Source of the DNA: an uncultured Gammaproteobacteria bacterium
Lineage (GTDB): Bacteria; Patescibacteriota; Microgenomatia; UBA10105; UBA927
NCBI GenBank assembly: GCA_964553825.1
Contig: CAZKLT010000007.1
Span: forward strand, 1-56,670
Reading direction: 5' to 3'
Length of the DNA stretch: 56,670 bases
In this document: one piece after another, positions 8,780 to 18,486 of the stretch
Layout: each line of letters opens with the position of its first letter
How positions within the stretch are numbered: the stretch's first letter is position 1
Notes under the pieces: model-generated
Told to the model about the DNA's origin: nothing
The model's input: the letters and a program-made list of their open reading frames with translations, nothing else
Database searches by the model: none
Position numbers and translations under genes: made by a program

Positions 8780-9952
8780 ATGGTAGAAGAGGTTGCCCTC
8801 GACACTCCTGATATGCGCGTATCGCAGGATCGCCCGCGCCTTTTGTGGGAACTTGATTGGGAAGACGAACACGTGAAAGCAAAAATTGCCGAATCTGTGG
8901 AGAGTGCGTATTCAAACAGCCCAGCAAAGCCGGATATCACCCCGCTTATGCTCTATGCGCATCGGCTTGCAGCCATAGACAAAGGAACCTTCCAAAAATC
9001 CCTTCCGTCCGTGTATCGGGAAATCTACCTTGAAGATGGTGCATCAAACAAAAAACGCGTAGATCGGCTGCTTGATACCGCAGGTCTGGCGTCATTCATG
9101 CTTGGTAGTTCTTCGCCGCTTCCGGACATTCCTGTCCGCGAGGGAGATCCGCTTTCCTGGTATGTACACATTGAGCGAAGCATGTTTGAAGGTGCTCTTG
9201 AGCTGCGGTTTATGGGAAAGCGTCCGGATATATTTACCCGCGGCCTGTATACAACGAGGGATGATAAAGGAAAAGCATTGGGTGATCTTGTAGATGTGGA
9301 TGTGCCGTTATGGACGGTTCGGTTTACGCCCGATGACCGGATGCATCCACAGATTCTCATCGGCGCCAGTCAGCGCGTTATCGCTCTTGAATCGTACCCC
9401 ATGCGCAATAACCGTGCATGGTTTGAGAAGCAGTTCGACTGGAAAACTGCCCCGAAAAATATCACATTTGAGGAGCGGATGGCCGATGCGTTTAAGCGAT
9501 ACATCGCGCTGGCCACCCGTGAAGCCAATGGCGGGCCGGTTGTCTTTGACGACGCATCGCCCGGCGTTCGATATATGCTGAAGTACTTTCCCAGCGAATA
9601 TTTGGTTCAAAAAATCGAATCAGGCTTCGGCATGCCATTGTCCGAACTTTCGCTCTATGCCGCGATACAGTCGTTTCAGGCCTTGGGATACCGTTCATTT
9701 GCTGCGGTCGATAACGGATCACAGCCGTCTGTCGTAAGTCATGCTGCACGCGGGGATGTGAAGATGCCGGTCGATTATGATGCATTATTTGCACCGGTAT
9801 TTGAAAAAAGCGGGAAGGGGCCGTTCCCGTTCCGGTTGGAAACCAATGCCGTAGAGTTCAATTTGCCTGATCGTGCACGGAAAAATCTGCCCCCTGCATA
9901 TGTTCCCTTCGGCATGGCGTTTGCACGCAATGTCGATACATTGCTGGAATAA
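8780..9952 (+). CDS. Hypothetical protein with possible VirK/YbjX (DUF535)-like domain
   Basis: ILIGASQR, YAAIQSFQALGYRSFAAVDN and DYDALF resemble DUF535 motifs; TATACT 6 nt before ATG. Confidence 0.55.
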   Translation: MVEEVALDTPDMRVSQDRPRLLWELDWEDEHVKAKIAESVESAYSNSPAKPDITPLMLYAHRLAAIDKGTFQKSLPSVYREIYLEDGASNKKRVDRLLDTAGLASFMLGSSSPLPDIPVREGDPLSWYVHIERSMFEGALELRFMGKRPDIFTRGLYTTRDDKGKALGDLVDVDVPLWTVRFTPDDRMHPQILIGASQRVIALESYPMRNNRAWFEKQFDWKTAPKNITFEERMADAFKRYIALATREANGGPVVFDDASPGVRYMLKYFPSEYLVQKIESGFGMPLSELSLYAAIQSFQALGYRSFAAVDNGSQPSVVSHAARGDVKMPVDYDALFAPVFEKSGKGPFPFRLETNAVEFNLPDRARKNLPPAYVPFGMAFARNVDTLLE

Positions 9953-10007
9953 GGAAAAAACTGGGGCTAGCGTCGCGTGTAGTGGTTTGGTAGGATGAAA
10001 TCCTTCT

Positions 10008-11279
10008 ATGAAGGCATACGATAAAACAAAATTTCCCAATGGCGTTCGACTCATTCTTATCCCCATGGAGGGCGTGGGCAGCGTCGCTACATCCGTCATG
10101 GTGGCCGTCGGCAGCAGGTACGAGACACCAGCAAATAATGGCATATCGCACTTTCTTGAGCATATGGTCTTTAAGGGTACTGAAAAATATCCGACGACCG
10201 ATGACGTAAATGTGATTGAACGGGCGGGAGGACTTCAAAACGCGTATACCGACATCGATATCACCAATTACCACAACAAAGTGCTTGCAGACGACTGGCA
10301 CCTGGCGCTTGAAGTAAATAAAGAACTGGTGTTGGCGCCGAGGTTGGAAGAAACGCATGTTGAAAAAGAGCGCGATGTCATCCTTGAGGAGATGAAGCGC
10401 TCCGATGACGAGCCGGCAAGCAAGGCAGGAGAGACATTCCACAGCATGATGTATCCGGGCGCCCGATTGGGAATGCGGATTATTGGTGAAGTAGCTTCGC
10501 TGAAGGCGACAAACGCCGACACGCTCCGGGGCTACCATGATGCCTGGTATAGACCGGGGCAGATGGTGGTAACACTGGCAGGAAACGTGGGAGGCAAGGA
10601 AAACGCCATAAAGGAAGCCGTGGCAGCATGGTTCGAGCCGCTCACAGGCGAGCCGGTAGGAGCGCTTGAGCGCGTCAGTACATCCACCCAAACGGCACCG
10701 AATGTAGAAGTGGTTACCAAGCCGGATGCGCAGCAAGCGCATCTGGTGATGGGAGTTCATACCTTTGCCCGGGGGAGCGAGGACCGGTTCGGATGGAATC
10801 TGTTTAACCTCATTATGGGGGTTTCGTTTACGTCACGCCTCTTTAAGGAAATTCGTGAGAAGCGGGGCCTTTGTTATCACATCCGCAGCAGCTCAGACAA
10901 CTGGACCGACACCGGATACTGGTCGATCTATGCCGGCGTGGCAACGACAAAGGTAGAAGAAGCTGTGGGAGCCATCCGCCATGAGATGGAAAAAGCAGTC
11001 AGCGGCGGCGTGACGGATAATGAAGTGATGGTAGCCAAAAAACGGTTAAAAACGCTGCTTGCGTTTCGCATGGAAGACCCCGAATTTATGGGGGAGTGGT
11101 ACGGCAGGCAGGAATTGTTCGGAGAATCAAAGCTCACGCTTGAACAATACATACAGAAGATCGAAGCCGTCACCCGTGAAGAGATAAACGCGCTTACCAA
11201 AAAGTATCTTGATACCCGCGGCTGGAACATGGCGATAGTCTGGAATAAGAAAAAAGATAAGAACTTTCGTCCCTTCTGA
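10008..11279 (+). CDS. M16 family zinc peptidase (insulinase/pitrilysin-like)
   Basis: GSRYE...GISHFLEHMVFKGT (HxxEH), VILEEMK, SRLFKEIREKRGLCY. Confidence 0.95.
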   Translation: MKAYDKTKFPNGVRLILIPMEGVGSVATSVMVAVGSRYETPANNGISHFLEHMVFKGTEKYPTTDDVNVIERAGGLQNAYTDIDITNYHNKVLADDWHLALEVNKELVLAPRLEETHVEKERDVILEEMKRSDDEPASKAGETFHSMMYPGARLGMRIIGEVASLKATNADTLRGYHDAWYRPGQMVVTLAGNVGGKENAIKEAVAAWFEPLTGEPVGALERVSTSTQTAPNVEVVTKPDAQQAHLVMGVHTFARGSEDRFGWNLFNLIMGVSFTSRLFKEIREKRGLCYHIRSSSDNWTDTGYWSIYAGVATTKVEEAVGAIRHEMEKAVSGGVTDNEVMVAKKRLKTLLAFRMEDPEFMGEWYGRQELFGESKLTLEQYIQKIEAVTREEINALTKKYLDTRGWNMAIVWNKKKDKNFRPF

Positions 11280-11477
11280 GCGGTTAATTTAGCTTCAAAA
11301 TAAGACCTATAGTCTTGACTTTTCCTTGTAGATTTCGTATCATACGCTCCCTGTCTTTTCAGGGATTTGCTCTTTGAAATAGGGGAATCTGGTTTGGCTG
11401 TGGGCATGGAGATATCAAACACTCGCGTTTGATACATGCTCTCCCGCAGTCAAAATCTATTAGTAGGAAGGTGAAAC

Positions 11478-11888
11478 ATGTTAGCGATAGTGAAATGGAT
11501 TCCCCCCCGACGACTGAAACCCAATGTTCTGCGCGCAATTCTGGGCATCGTGGGACTGCTCATCATTGCCTTTGCCTTGTACCGGCTTGGTGCGGCAACG
11601 CCTGATGTGTTGTTCCGGTTTGTCCGTTCGTGGCAAACGATGCTGATGATGGTCATGCTGGTGATCTACATGGTCGCCATGATTGCCGCGTTTAGCACAG
11701 ACCTGATGTTTGTCCTGGTTGCGCTGGCTTTCATTAATTTCGCCGCGAGCAAAGCCGTTTTCATTGTGTGGGCCGGACAGCCGGTGCCGCAATGGGGTCC
11801 CATTGGTTTTCTTGTCGTCATGCTCGTTCTGATGGCGGTTGATCACGCGATCATCCGCATCTACAAGCTCCGCTGGGAGTTTGTCTGA
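11478..11888 (+). CDS. Four-TM membrane protein (136 aa)
   Basis: AGGAAGGTG SD; upstream TTGACT-17-TATCAT; hydrophobic. Confidence 0.75.
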   Translation: MLAIVKWIPPRRLKPNVLRAILGIVGLLIIAFALYRLGAATPDVLFRFVRSWQTMLMMVMLVIYMVAMIAAFSTDLMFVLVALAFINFAASKAVFIVWAGQPVPQWGPIGFLVVMLVLMAVDHAIIRIYKLRWEFV

Positions 11889-11977
11889 CGAGCAACACCC
11901 CCGACCGAAATCGCGGTAGTGGCACATATGTGTCGTTGTATTGCTGTGGTTTCCTAGGGGGTTTGTTTTTGGGAAAA

Positions 11978-14900
11978 TTACGCCGTGTGGAGCTCTATTT
12001 TGGTGATGTCAGGCTGCCCATTGTTATCAACAGGGATAGAAAGAATTGCTTCACTGGTACGACGATCCACATATGTTTCACCCGCGTTTATATTGATGCT
12101 ATCGGGGTTTACCTGCCGCCTGGCGGGCTGCTTCGTACGCTTCTCAAAGACCGCGAGAAAGTCCCGATTACTGGAGAGCGCCCGTGCAAATGACCGCCAG
12201 TCTGGATCGCCCGGATCAATCGGCGCATCGGTCTTTATGATGAAGGGTTTTGCAAATGTTTCCCCGCTGACAAACTGCGGTTCACGAACGAAATGAAATT
12301 TGTATGTACGCTTCTCGGGCGGGAACCGGAAATTTTCCAGTGTTCCACCGACGGCAATTTGGAGCCAGCTTTCAAGGTCAAGTGAAGAGGGGAGTCGCGC
12401 CGGAACGCCGTCATCGCTGAAAGATCCGTTGGGTGCCGGCTGGGAGTATAACCGGTCCGATCCCAGGTCGACGAGGTTTTTGCCGGGACGAAGGCGCCGC
12501 CAGAACGGGGACTTCGGCAGTAGTGTCTGCGCAGAAACTATCTTTCGCAGATTCCGGATCAGTGACCGGTCTGCCGGAATATCCGGTGCGCCATTCGCCT
12601 CTTGACGCGTTATGCGGATATCATTGGCGACGCGTTTGGCAAATTCCTCTGTCCGCGGCACGGTAAGGAATGCGGCGGCGGTATTTTCCGGGATAATCTC
12701 AAAGAATGATGCATCGATATTATCTGCCGACTGGAGGGGAATTTTCGCATTGGGACCGATGGAATAGATCTCCTCTCCGAAGACTTTCCGTGCGATCGTA
12801 CGAACTATTCCAACACGCGTGGTAGCGGAAATGAGTGTCGGAACCGGGAGTGTCGCTTCCCGGAAGGACTCAGCAAGCAGCTCACGTTTCGAGATGGGAA
12901 ACACAGTTTCTTCCCGGGCGCCGAATTGGGTAAACCCAACACGAAATGACCGCGTCGTTTGGGAAATAATCCGATACTGATCACCATCAAGGGATTCGAG
13001 TATTGTTCCCGAAACAAGGTACTCCCGGCGCAGCTGGCCCTTGAGATCATATAAATCCTCGCGTTCAACGGTCCGCTTGCTAAAAAGCTCGCTACTGAGG
13101 GTTTCCGGCGTCCGGTCCTGATAGCCGGTTGCAAAAATAACGCGGTCGACAATCCGTTGTTCCATCTCGCCGTTGGTTTTCCGCCATCGGACGACAATCT
13201 TCCCGTCATTTCTTTGGAGTATGTCGTATGCGCGGCCACCGTTCGGGTCGATGCGGGAGTAGGAATAATTCGACCTGGGCATGTCCAGGGAGATATCCAC
13301 ATATCGGGGACGAAGTTTTTTTAGGAGTTCTTTCTTATCCGTTGCTTCCTGTCCTACCCATGTAATATTCTGCGGCCAGTCCAGTTGAATGACGGAGTTG
13401 CCGCCGCCGGGTCCATACCCCAGAAGATCCTCAAGTACGGTGTATGCGCTGTCGCCGTCGCCAATGACCATGACGCTCCCCGTAAAATCCTTCCGGGGAA
13501 ATTCATTGGCGCCGTCGCCCGTCGTCTTCCAATACCAGGAAGAATGAAGCACTTTCGGCGTTATCTTTCGTGCCAAGTCCTGTTTCGCCTGGGCGATAAT
13601 CCTGGCGACGTCGGGATTGTCCGTGTCGATACCCGGGAACGCCTCTTCACCCAATCCGCCTGCATTAATAAGGCGATTGCAGTACATGGTGATCGTCCGG
13701 TCGCCGCGACCGTCCTGAATCCTGATGCCGACGCGGTATTTTGCGCCATACTGCTGTGCCTGTTGGGGGGAGAGTTTTTCAACCGTTTGCCCCGTCGCAT
13801 GTAATAGCGTCGGGGCGGAAAGCATGTCGTTGGTACGGATTGCGCGCGCCAGAACACGATTGTTGGTATAGGTGTCGGTGGTAATGTCCGGCACCTGAAG
13901 TACCGCATGCTCGCCAAGGGAGTTGAGATTTCCTTTTTGTCCCGGGATGGCCCGTTCGGCTGGATCCTGCGGGCGCGTACGGCTATTGGCGTTAAAGACC
14001 TCCCGTTCGCCGTCTGCAAACTGCCCGCCCAGCCGTTCACCTGCGTCGACCAGCAGAATTTCTGCATCCGGCATGAAATGCCGTAACTCACTGGCAAATA
14101 CGCTGCCATGCAGACCGGCGCCCAGCACCATGGTATCCACGACGTTATATCGGGTGCTTGCTAAGAGCTCTATACGTTGGCTTTCGCGCTCCGCTGCCCG
14201 ATCGATAGCCTTGTCCAACAGCCATCCAAAACGTTCAGACCGGTATATAGCCGCAAATAGCGGGCTTAAGATGCGATAGCTGTCATTTTTTAAGCGCGTG
14301 TTTCTTTGGAGTTCTTTTCGGCGGCTTAAAAACTTTTCGGTTTGATCTTTGAATTGCCGTATGTGTGATATGACGGTAAAGAACTCCTTGAGGAAGGGGA
14401 TACGCATTCTTGCGGTACGATACTCATGGCTTTTGATATCCCGGGGAGGATCTGCGGGATCATACTCTGCGCGGGGAGAGCGATTCGGTTTCTGAGCGAT
14501 ATCCAGCGTTGCTTTGGCAGCATCGACAATCCTCTCTGTCGTGCGCCTATCGTTGCGCTGGACGGTATCGGTGAGTTCTTTGAGCCGTCGGCCTTCCGGC
14601 GTGTCGGTATCAGGAAGACCGGTAACCGCTTGAACGACGCGGCGAATTGCCCGGACGCGATCCTGATCGAAATTCCCCCGCAATACCGCAGGATAACTCA
14701 CATTATATGGTCCGTATAGGAGTTGCGACTGGAAGCGTGGAAGTGCGCCACGCACGCCATCCTGAGGTGCGTTATTGAGCTTCAGAAGTGACTCCGTGGC
14801 GATCAGCGCTGCCAGTGTTTTTTCTTTGGCATTGAGCGGCCGCCGGACGATGGTATCCAGTCCGATTGCGGAAAAGACCCCGATATCATCGCTCCGTTCG

Positions 14901-15109
14901 GACTGCGCCGTGGACTGGATGATCGTTGCAAGGCCATCTCCCAAATCAGCCAGTGATGTAGCCAGCCGCTGCCGGTCGAAGCCGGATGCCACAATAGCTC
15001 CTTGTCCATCAAGCGGCGGCACGATAAGTTCAGTTAATTTGCGGAAATCCTCGTCCTTCGTCCATGCAGGCAACTCCCGCTGGGCTTCTTCTCTCACTCC
15101 TTCGGGCAT
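11978..15109 (-). CDS. Large FAD/NAD(P)-binding oxidoreductase-like protein (1043 aa)
   Basis: VLGAGLHG...LLVDAGERLGG (FAD), VIGDGDSA (NAD(P)), VIFATGY, IYSIG motifs. Confidence 0.7.
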   Translation of the reverse strand: MPEGVREEAQRELPAWTKDEDFRKLTELIVPPLDGQGAIVASGFDRQRLATSLADLGDGLATIIQSTAQSERSDDIGVFSAIGLDTIVRRPLNAKEKTLAALIATESLLKLNNAPQDGVRGALPRFQSQLLYGPYNVSYPAVLRGNFDQDRVRAIRRVVQAVTGLPDTDTPEGRRLKELTDTVQRNDRRTTERIVDAAKATLDIAQKPNRSPRAEYDPADPPRDIKSHEYRTARMRIPFLKEFFTVISHIRQFKDQTEKFLSRRKELQRNTRLKNDSYRILSPLFAAIYRSERFGWLLDKAIDRAAERESQRIELLASTRYNVVDTMVLGAGLHGSVFASELRHFMPDAEILLVDAGERLGGQFADGEREVFNANSRTRPQDPAERAIPGQKGNLNSLGEHAVLQVPDITTDTYTNNRVLARAIRTNDMLSAPTLLHATGQTVEKLSPQQAQQYGAKYRVGIRIQDGRGDRTITMYCNRLINAGGLGEEAFPGIDTDNPDVARIIAQAKQDLARKITPKVLHSSWYWKTTGDGANEFPRKDFTGSVMVIGDGDSAYTVLEDLLGYGPGGGNSVIQLDWPQNITWVGQEATDKKELLKKLRPRYVDISLDMPRSNYSYSRIDPNGGRAYDILQRNDGKIVVRWRKTNGEMEQRIVDRVIFATGYQDRTPETLSSELFSKRTVEREDLYDLKGQLRREYLVSGTILESLDGDQYRIISQTTRSFRVGFTQFGAREETVFPISKRELLAESFREATLPVPTLISATTRVGIVRTIARKVFGEEIYSIGPNAKIPLQSADNIDASFFEIIPENTAAAFLTVPRTEEFAKRVANDIRITRQEANGAPDIPADRSLIRNLRKIVSAQTLLPKSPFWRRLRPGKNLVDLGSDRLYSQPAPNGSFSDDGVPARLPSSLDLESWLQIAVGGTLENFRFPPEKRTYKFHFVREPQFVSGETFAKPFIIKTDAPIDPGDPDWRSFARALSSNRDFLAVFEKRTKQPARRQVNPDSININAGETYVDRRTSEAILSIPVDNNGQPDITKIELHTA

Positions 15110-15151
15110 ATACCATCAGTATCGCGATTTTTTTGTGGCCTGGCAAGAGTC

Positions 15152-16261
15152 TTAGCGGGGATCGGGAGGGAGTATGGCAAGGTCGCCTGTAAACATCTGC
15201 GAAAGATTCTGCCTTCGCTTCATCCGTGCGCGAAATTTGCGTTTCTTTCTTTTCTGGAGCGCTTCGGCGGTTTCCGAGACGCTGATGACGAGTCGTTGTA
15301 CCGGCGGGGCGCCTCCGGAGGCCGGAATCGAAATGACGCTATACAGGAGACGGGTAAATCGCGCTTTCTTTCCGGATGAAGCGGATTTTTTGTTTTCGTA
15401 CAGCGCATCAAAGGCTTCTTCAAGGTCTGCCGGAGTAACCTCCGGTGGCAGATCGTACCGGATCCAGTGGTCCGTGCGCGCTACATCCGGATCGTCCTGG
15501 GCAATCTCCTGCCAGAGTGCATCCGGCGCCAGCAGGTTGCGCAGGACGGCTTGTTTCATGGGGTGTTCTGCGTTCCGCGCCGTCTGCCCGTCCGGGTCAT
15601 GGACGATGAGGCCAAATTGGCAGGGAGAATCGGACAGCAGTGGGATGATGTCCGAGATTGCGCGGAACTGGTCTGTGTAGAGCGTAACGCGGAGGGTAAG
15701 CCGTTTATTGAGCGGAAGATGATACTCGCTGAAAGCAGTTGCGGGGTTCAGTACGACGCCCTGGTCTGCCAGAGTCGGCTCCGTATAGGCAAGGCTCCCA
15801 AATGCGTTGCTTGTTTTTTTCAGTGTTTTTATGATTGCCCGGGTGATGGCTTCGGGAGATGCGGGATCTTTTGTCCCTTTCGTATTGAAGGCAAACTGCA
15901 GGTCAGCATATCCGGCAGTAATGCCGCGCGAAAATCCGTTTATCTCGCGGCGGTACCGGGTGTTTGCCGGGGCAAACGGGGAGCGGTTTGTGGGGTGCAG
16001 GATATCGTACCGGGCAATGGCATCTGCGTTGATATATGCAATGGTAAAGGCTACTGAGGCAATTTTGTATGCATTTGTCTGTGTCTCTGCTGAATAGGCC
16101 GTACCTTCCCGCAGGAACGCAGCGAAGCGGGTTTTGTATTCATGCATGGCATCGCCGTACAAAAATGCGCTTGCCCATCGGGCCTCGGCATGAGCAAGCG
16201 CGTCGGCGAAAGCGGCGCCTTTTCCCCTCGTCTGGTAGTCCGGTGTTTCGTGTAGTGCCAT
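15152..16261 (-). CDS. Hypothetical protein (369 aa)
   Basis: Long ORF; TATAAT 8 nt upstream of ATG. Confidence 0.7.
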   Translation of the reverse strand: MALHETPDYQTRGKGAAFADALAHAEARWASAFLYGDAMHEYKTRFAAFLREGTAYSAETQTNAYKIASVAFTIAYINADAIARYDILHPTNRSPFAPANTRYRREINGFSRGITAGYADLQFAFNTKGTKDPASPEAITRAIIKTLKKTSNAFGSLAYTEPTLADQGVVLNPATAFSEYHLPLNKRLTLRVTLYTDQFRAISDIIPLLSDSPCQFGLIVHDPDGQTARNAEHPMKQAVLRNLLAPDALWQEIAQDDPDVARTDHWIRYDLPPEVTPADLEEAFDALYENKKSASSGKKARFTRLLYSVISIPASGGAPPVQRLVISVSETAEALQKRKKRKFRARMKRRQNLSQMFTGDLAILPPDPR

Positions 16262-16299
16262 GGCACGCCATTATACCGTCCCTGTGCGCTAAATCACAA

Positions 16300-16836
16300 T
16301 TAATCGTGGGAAGGTTTGGAGCGATGTGGCTCTTTTTTGGCACCGGAACGCAGGTGGCGTTGCATAAGGGAGAGTGCGTGGTCCGGCGTCATGCCTTCTA
16401 TGAAAAACAGGCTGATGTTGTGGGATTTTCCGTTTTTCCCGAGCGCGAGAATGATACTCGGCTGTCGCAATCTTGCCGCAGCCAGCTCAAACTGGTGTCG
16501 CAGCATCGGCTGGTCAATGTGGGATTGCGGCACGTGCGGATTTATTCCATTGGTAGGAATTGTTAGTGCGTCTATACGGTGACGAAGCGCTGCGACGGGA
16601 ACCGTGTCTTCGGATGCGGAAAGAATGCGTGTTTCATACCTCGCAATCCGGTTGTGTTTTCCTTCGGTAGGGTAGAGCGCGATGAAGGTGTCATAATCTT
16701 GCCGGGGCAATATGCAGCCTTGGAGAGCTATCTCCCTGATCACATGGGTATGCGTGGAAAATCCTTCATCTGCGGAGGTTCTTCCGATAAAAACACGCGC
16801 CCGGTCAAGGGGCGCTATTTCCATTTCTGCGTTCAT
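16300..16836 (-). CDS. Hypothetical protein (178 aa)
   Basis: ORF co-oriented with neighbours and fills the gap. Confidence 0.6.
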   Translation of the reverse strand: MNAEMEIAPLDRARVFIGRTSADEGFSTHTHVIREIALQGCILPRQDYDTFIALYPTEGKHNRIARYETRILSASEDTVPVAALRHRIDALTIPTNGINPHVPQSHIDQPMLRHQFELAAARLRQPSIILALGKNGKSHNISLFFIEGMTPDHALSLMQRHLRSGAKKEPHRSKPSHD

Positions 16837-17044
16837 ATGTCTTTCGGCGGTGAATACGCCTCATCAGTTGCGCTATCGGCGCAAGAGACGGGAAATTGCC
16901 ATAACTGCAGATTCATAAAATGAATGCGGTTTTACGCAATTTCCCCCAAAGAAACAAACAATTCCCGTCTCCCTGACATCAGTCAGGCAAAAGAGCATAC
17001 TGGCAGCCCAATGGCTACCAGTACTTGGACCTTCAGAGCGTGGG

Positions 17045-17812
17045 TTACGGATTTGCGGGACCAGTGCCGCAGTTCCAATGCCCTTCACCGGGTTTGTTGG
17101 GATGGGGCACCCAGGTACAGGTCTTGTTCTTGTTGGGATCCGGATCAGCCGTTTCCACAGGCTCAGCCGTTTCCACAGGCTCAGCCGTATCGGCAGGAGC
17201 CGGGGTGTTCGCGGGTTCGGGTGTCCCGGCCGGAACATCCGTGTTCTGCGGAATGGGCGTGGATTCAACGACAGGCGTGTTCCCGGTGGAGGCGGTCGCG
17301 GTGCCGGTAGGATGAGGCACAGCGGGGCCGGTTCCACAATTCCAGTGACCTTTCTTGTCATCACCAACCCACTTGCAGGGCTTGTTGGGATTCGGAGATG
17401 GCTTGTCGGGCGTGACCGTTGGCAGAGGGGTGCCGGCAGGGACATCGGTCGCAATTGCGGTGGCGGTTGGCGAATTTCCATCGGGTGTTGCCGTAGGCTT
17501 CACCTCTTCACACTTGGAATTTACGACCGCCTGGTACATATCAGGATCTGCATGCTTGAGTTCTTGCAGAGCGTCCCAAGCGACCTGATACATCTCGCCG
17601 CGCACAGCGTCTTCCTGTCCTGTCTTTTTGCCGGGATTCATCACCCATTTTACGGTCTTATCCTGCGAGCCCGCGAGCGTACAGCTGAACTGGACCTTGC
17701 CACCTTCCTCGGGCGTATGGGCTTCGACAGTGTTACTGTTGATGGACATCAAGCCAGCGACCAGCGCGAGCATGATCAAGTAGACGGTCCATCGCGTCTT
17801 TGGGTTGTTCAT
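17045..17812 (-). CDS. Secreted Pro/Thr-rich protein with two Cys-Trp repeats (255 aa)
   Basis: GGAGG SD; signal peptide ending VEA; KPCKW...GHWNCGTGPA occurs twice. Confidence 0.85.
   Translation of the reverse strand: MNNPKTRWTVYLIMLALVAGLMSINSNTVEAHTPEEGGKVQFSCTLAGSQDKTVKWVMNPGKKTGQEDAVRGEMYQVAWDALQELKHADPDMYQAVVNSKCEEVKPTATPDGNSPTATAIATDVPAGTPLPTVTPDKPSPNPNKPCKWVGDDKKGHWNCGTGPAVPHPTGTATASTGNTPVVESTPIPQNTDVPAGTPEPANTPAPADTAEPVETAEPVETADPDPNKNKTCTWVPHPNKPGEGHWNCGTGPANP
17145..17188. repeat. 18-bp tandem repeat (about 2.4 copies) encoding AEPVET
   Basis: TCAGCCGTTTCCACAGGC x2 + TCAGCCGT. Confidence 0.9.
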
Positions 17813-18216
17813 TGCAACCTCCATAACTATTGTTGAGTAAAACAGATAGCCGCCGGGTAAACTTGCCCAGGTCCCTATTTCAAGGAACTTCATACCTCCG
17901 TATTACTACGGAAGACTTTCTTGCCGATATCGGGACTCACGGTCTACTGTGAATCCGTCGTGGACAGTCCCACTGGTTACTTTGTTGAACCGCACCTCTC
18001 TTTTTCTTATCAGTACTTCCCCCTCATCATCCGGGCACCAGTTGTGATGTCAGTATGATGAGGGAGAGTATGATGTTGTTGTTTCTTTGGTTGTTAAAGA
18101 GCAATCGAATCCGTACCGATAGGCCTGCTGCAAAAGCAGAATATCGGTCGGTACCGATCAAAGTCGATGTCCCGAGTGTTCGGGGCAGCGATGATTGACC
18201 GCTACTCTATAAAGAC

Positions 18217-18259
18217 AAAAAAACCGGCACATCCTTCTTTTTCAAGAAGACTGGCCAGT
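18217..18259 (-). terminator. Intrinsic terminator inside a long 5' leader
   Basis: ACTGGC...CTTCTT-GAAA-AAGAAG...GCCGGT followed by a T run. Confidence 0.65.
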
Positions 18260-18321
18260 TGTAAATTCCTCTGCAATCCGTCTGGCTTGCGTCGGACAAG
18301 GCGGTGTTGTCTTGTATACGT

Positions 18322-18350
18322 AGTATACTGCACGATGCACGGGATGTCAA
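18322..18350 (-). promoter_or_regulatory. Sigma70 promoter
   Basis: TTGACA-17-TATACT. Confidence 0.75.
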
Positions 18351-18486
18351 GTGCTATAGGGTATTTCGTCACCTCAGAACAGAACGGATTCCGTGCTGGG
18401 GTAACGGCAGAAAATAACCAGGAAAAAGGGGCGATTGTCTGCCGAGACGACATGAAGAACGAAACAGCGACATAGGGTATCAGTGA

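Noticed and set aside
18070-18198. 42-aa plus-strand ORF with an AGGGAG SD-like sequence
   Set aside because: Antisense to a structured leader, with no promoter seen; insufficient support
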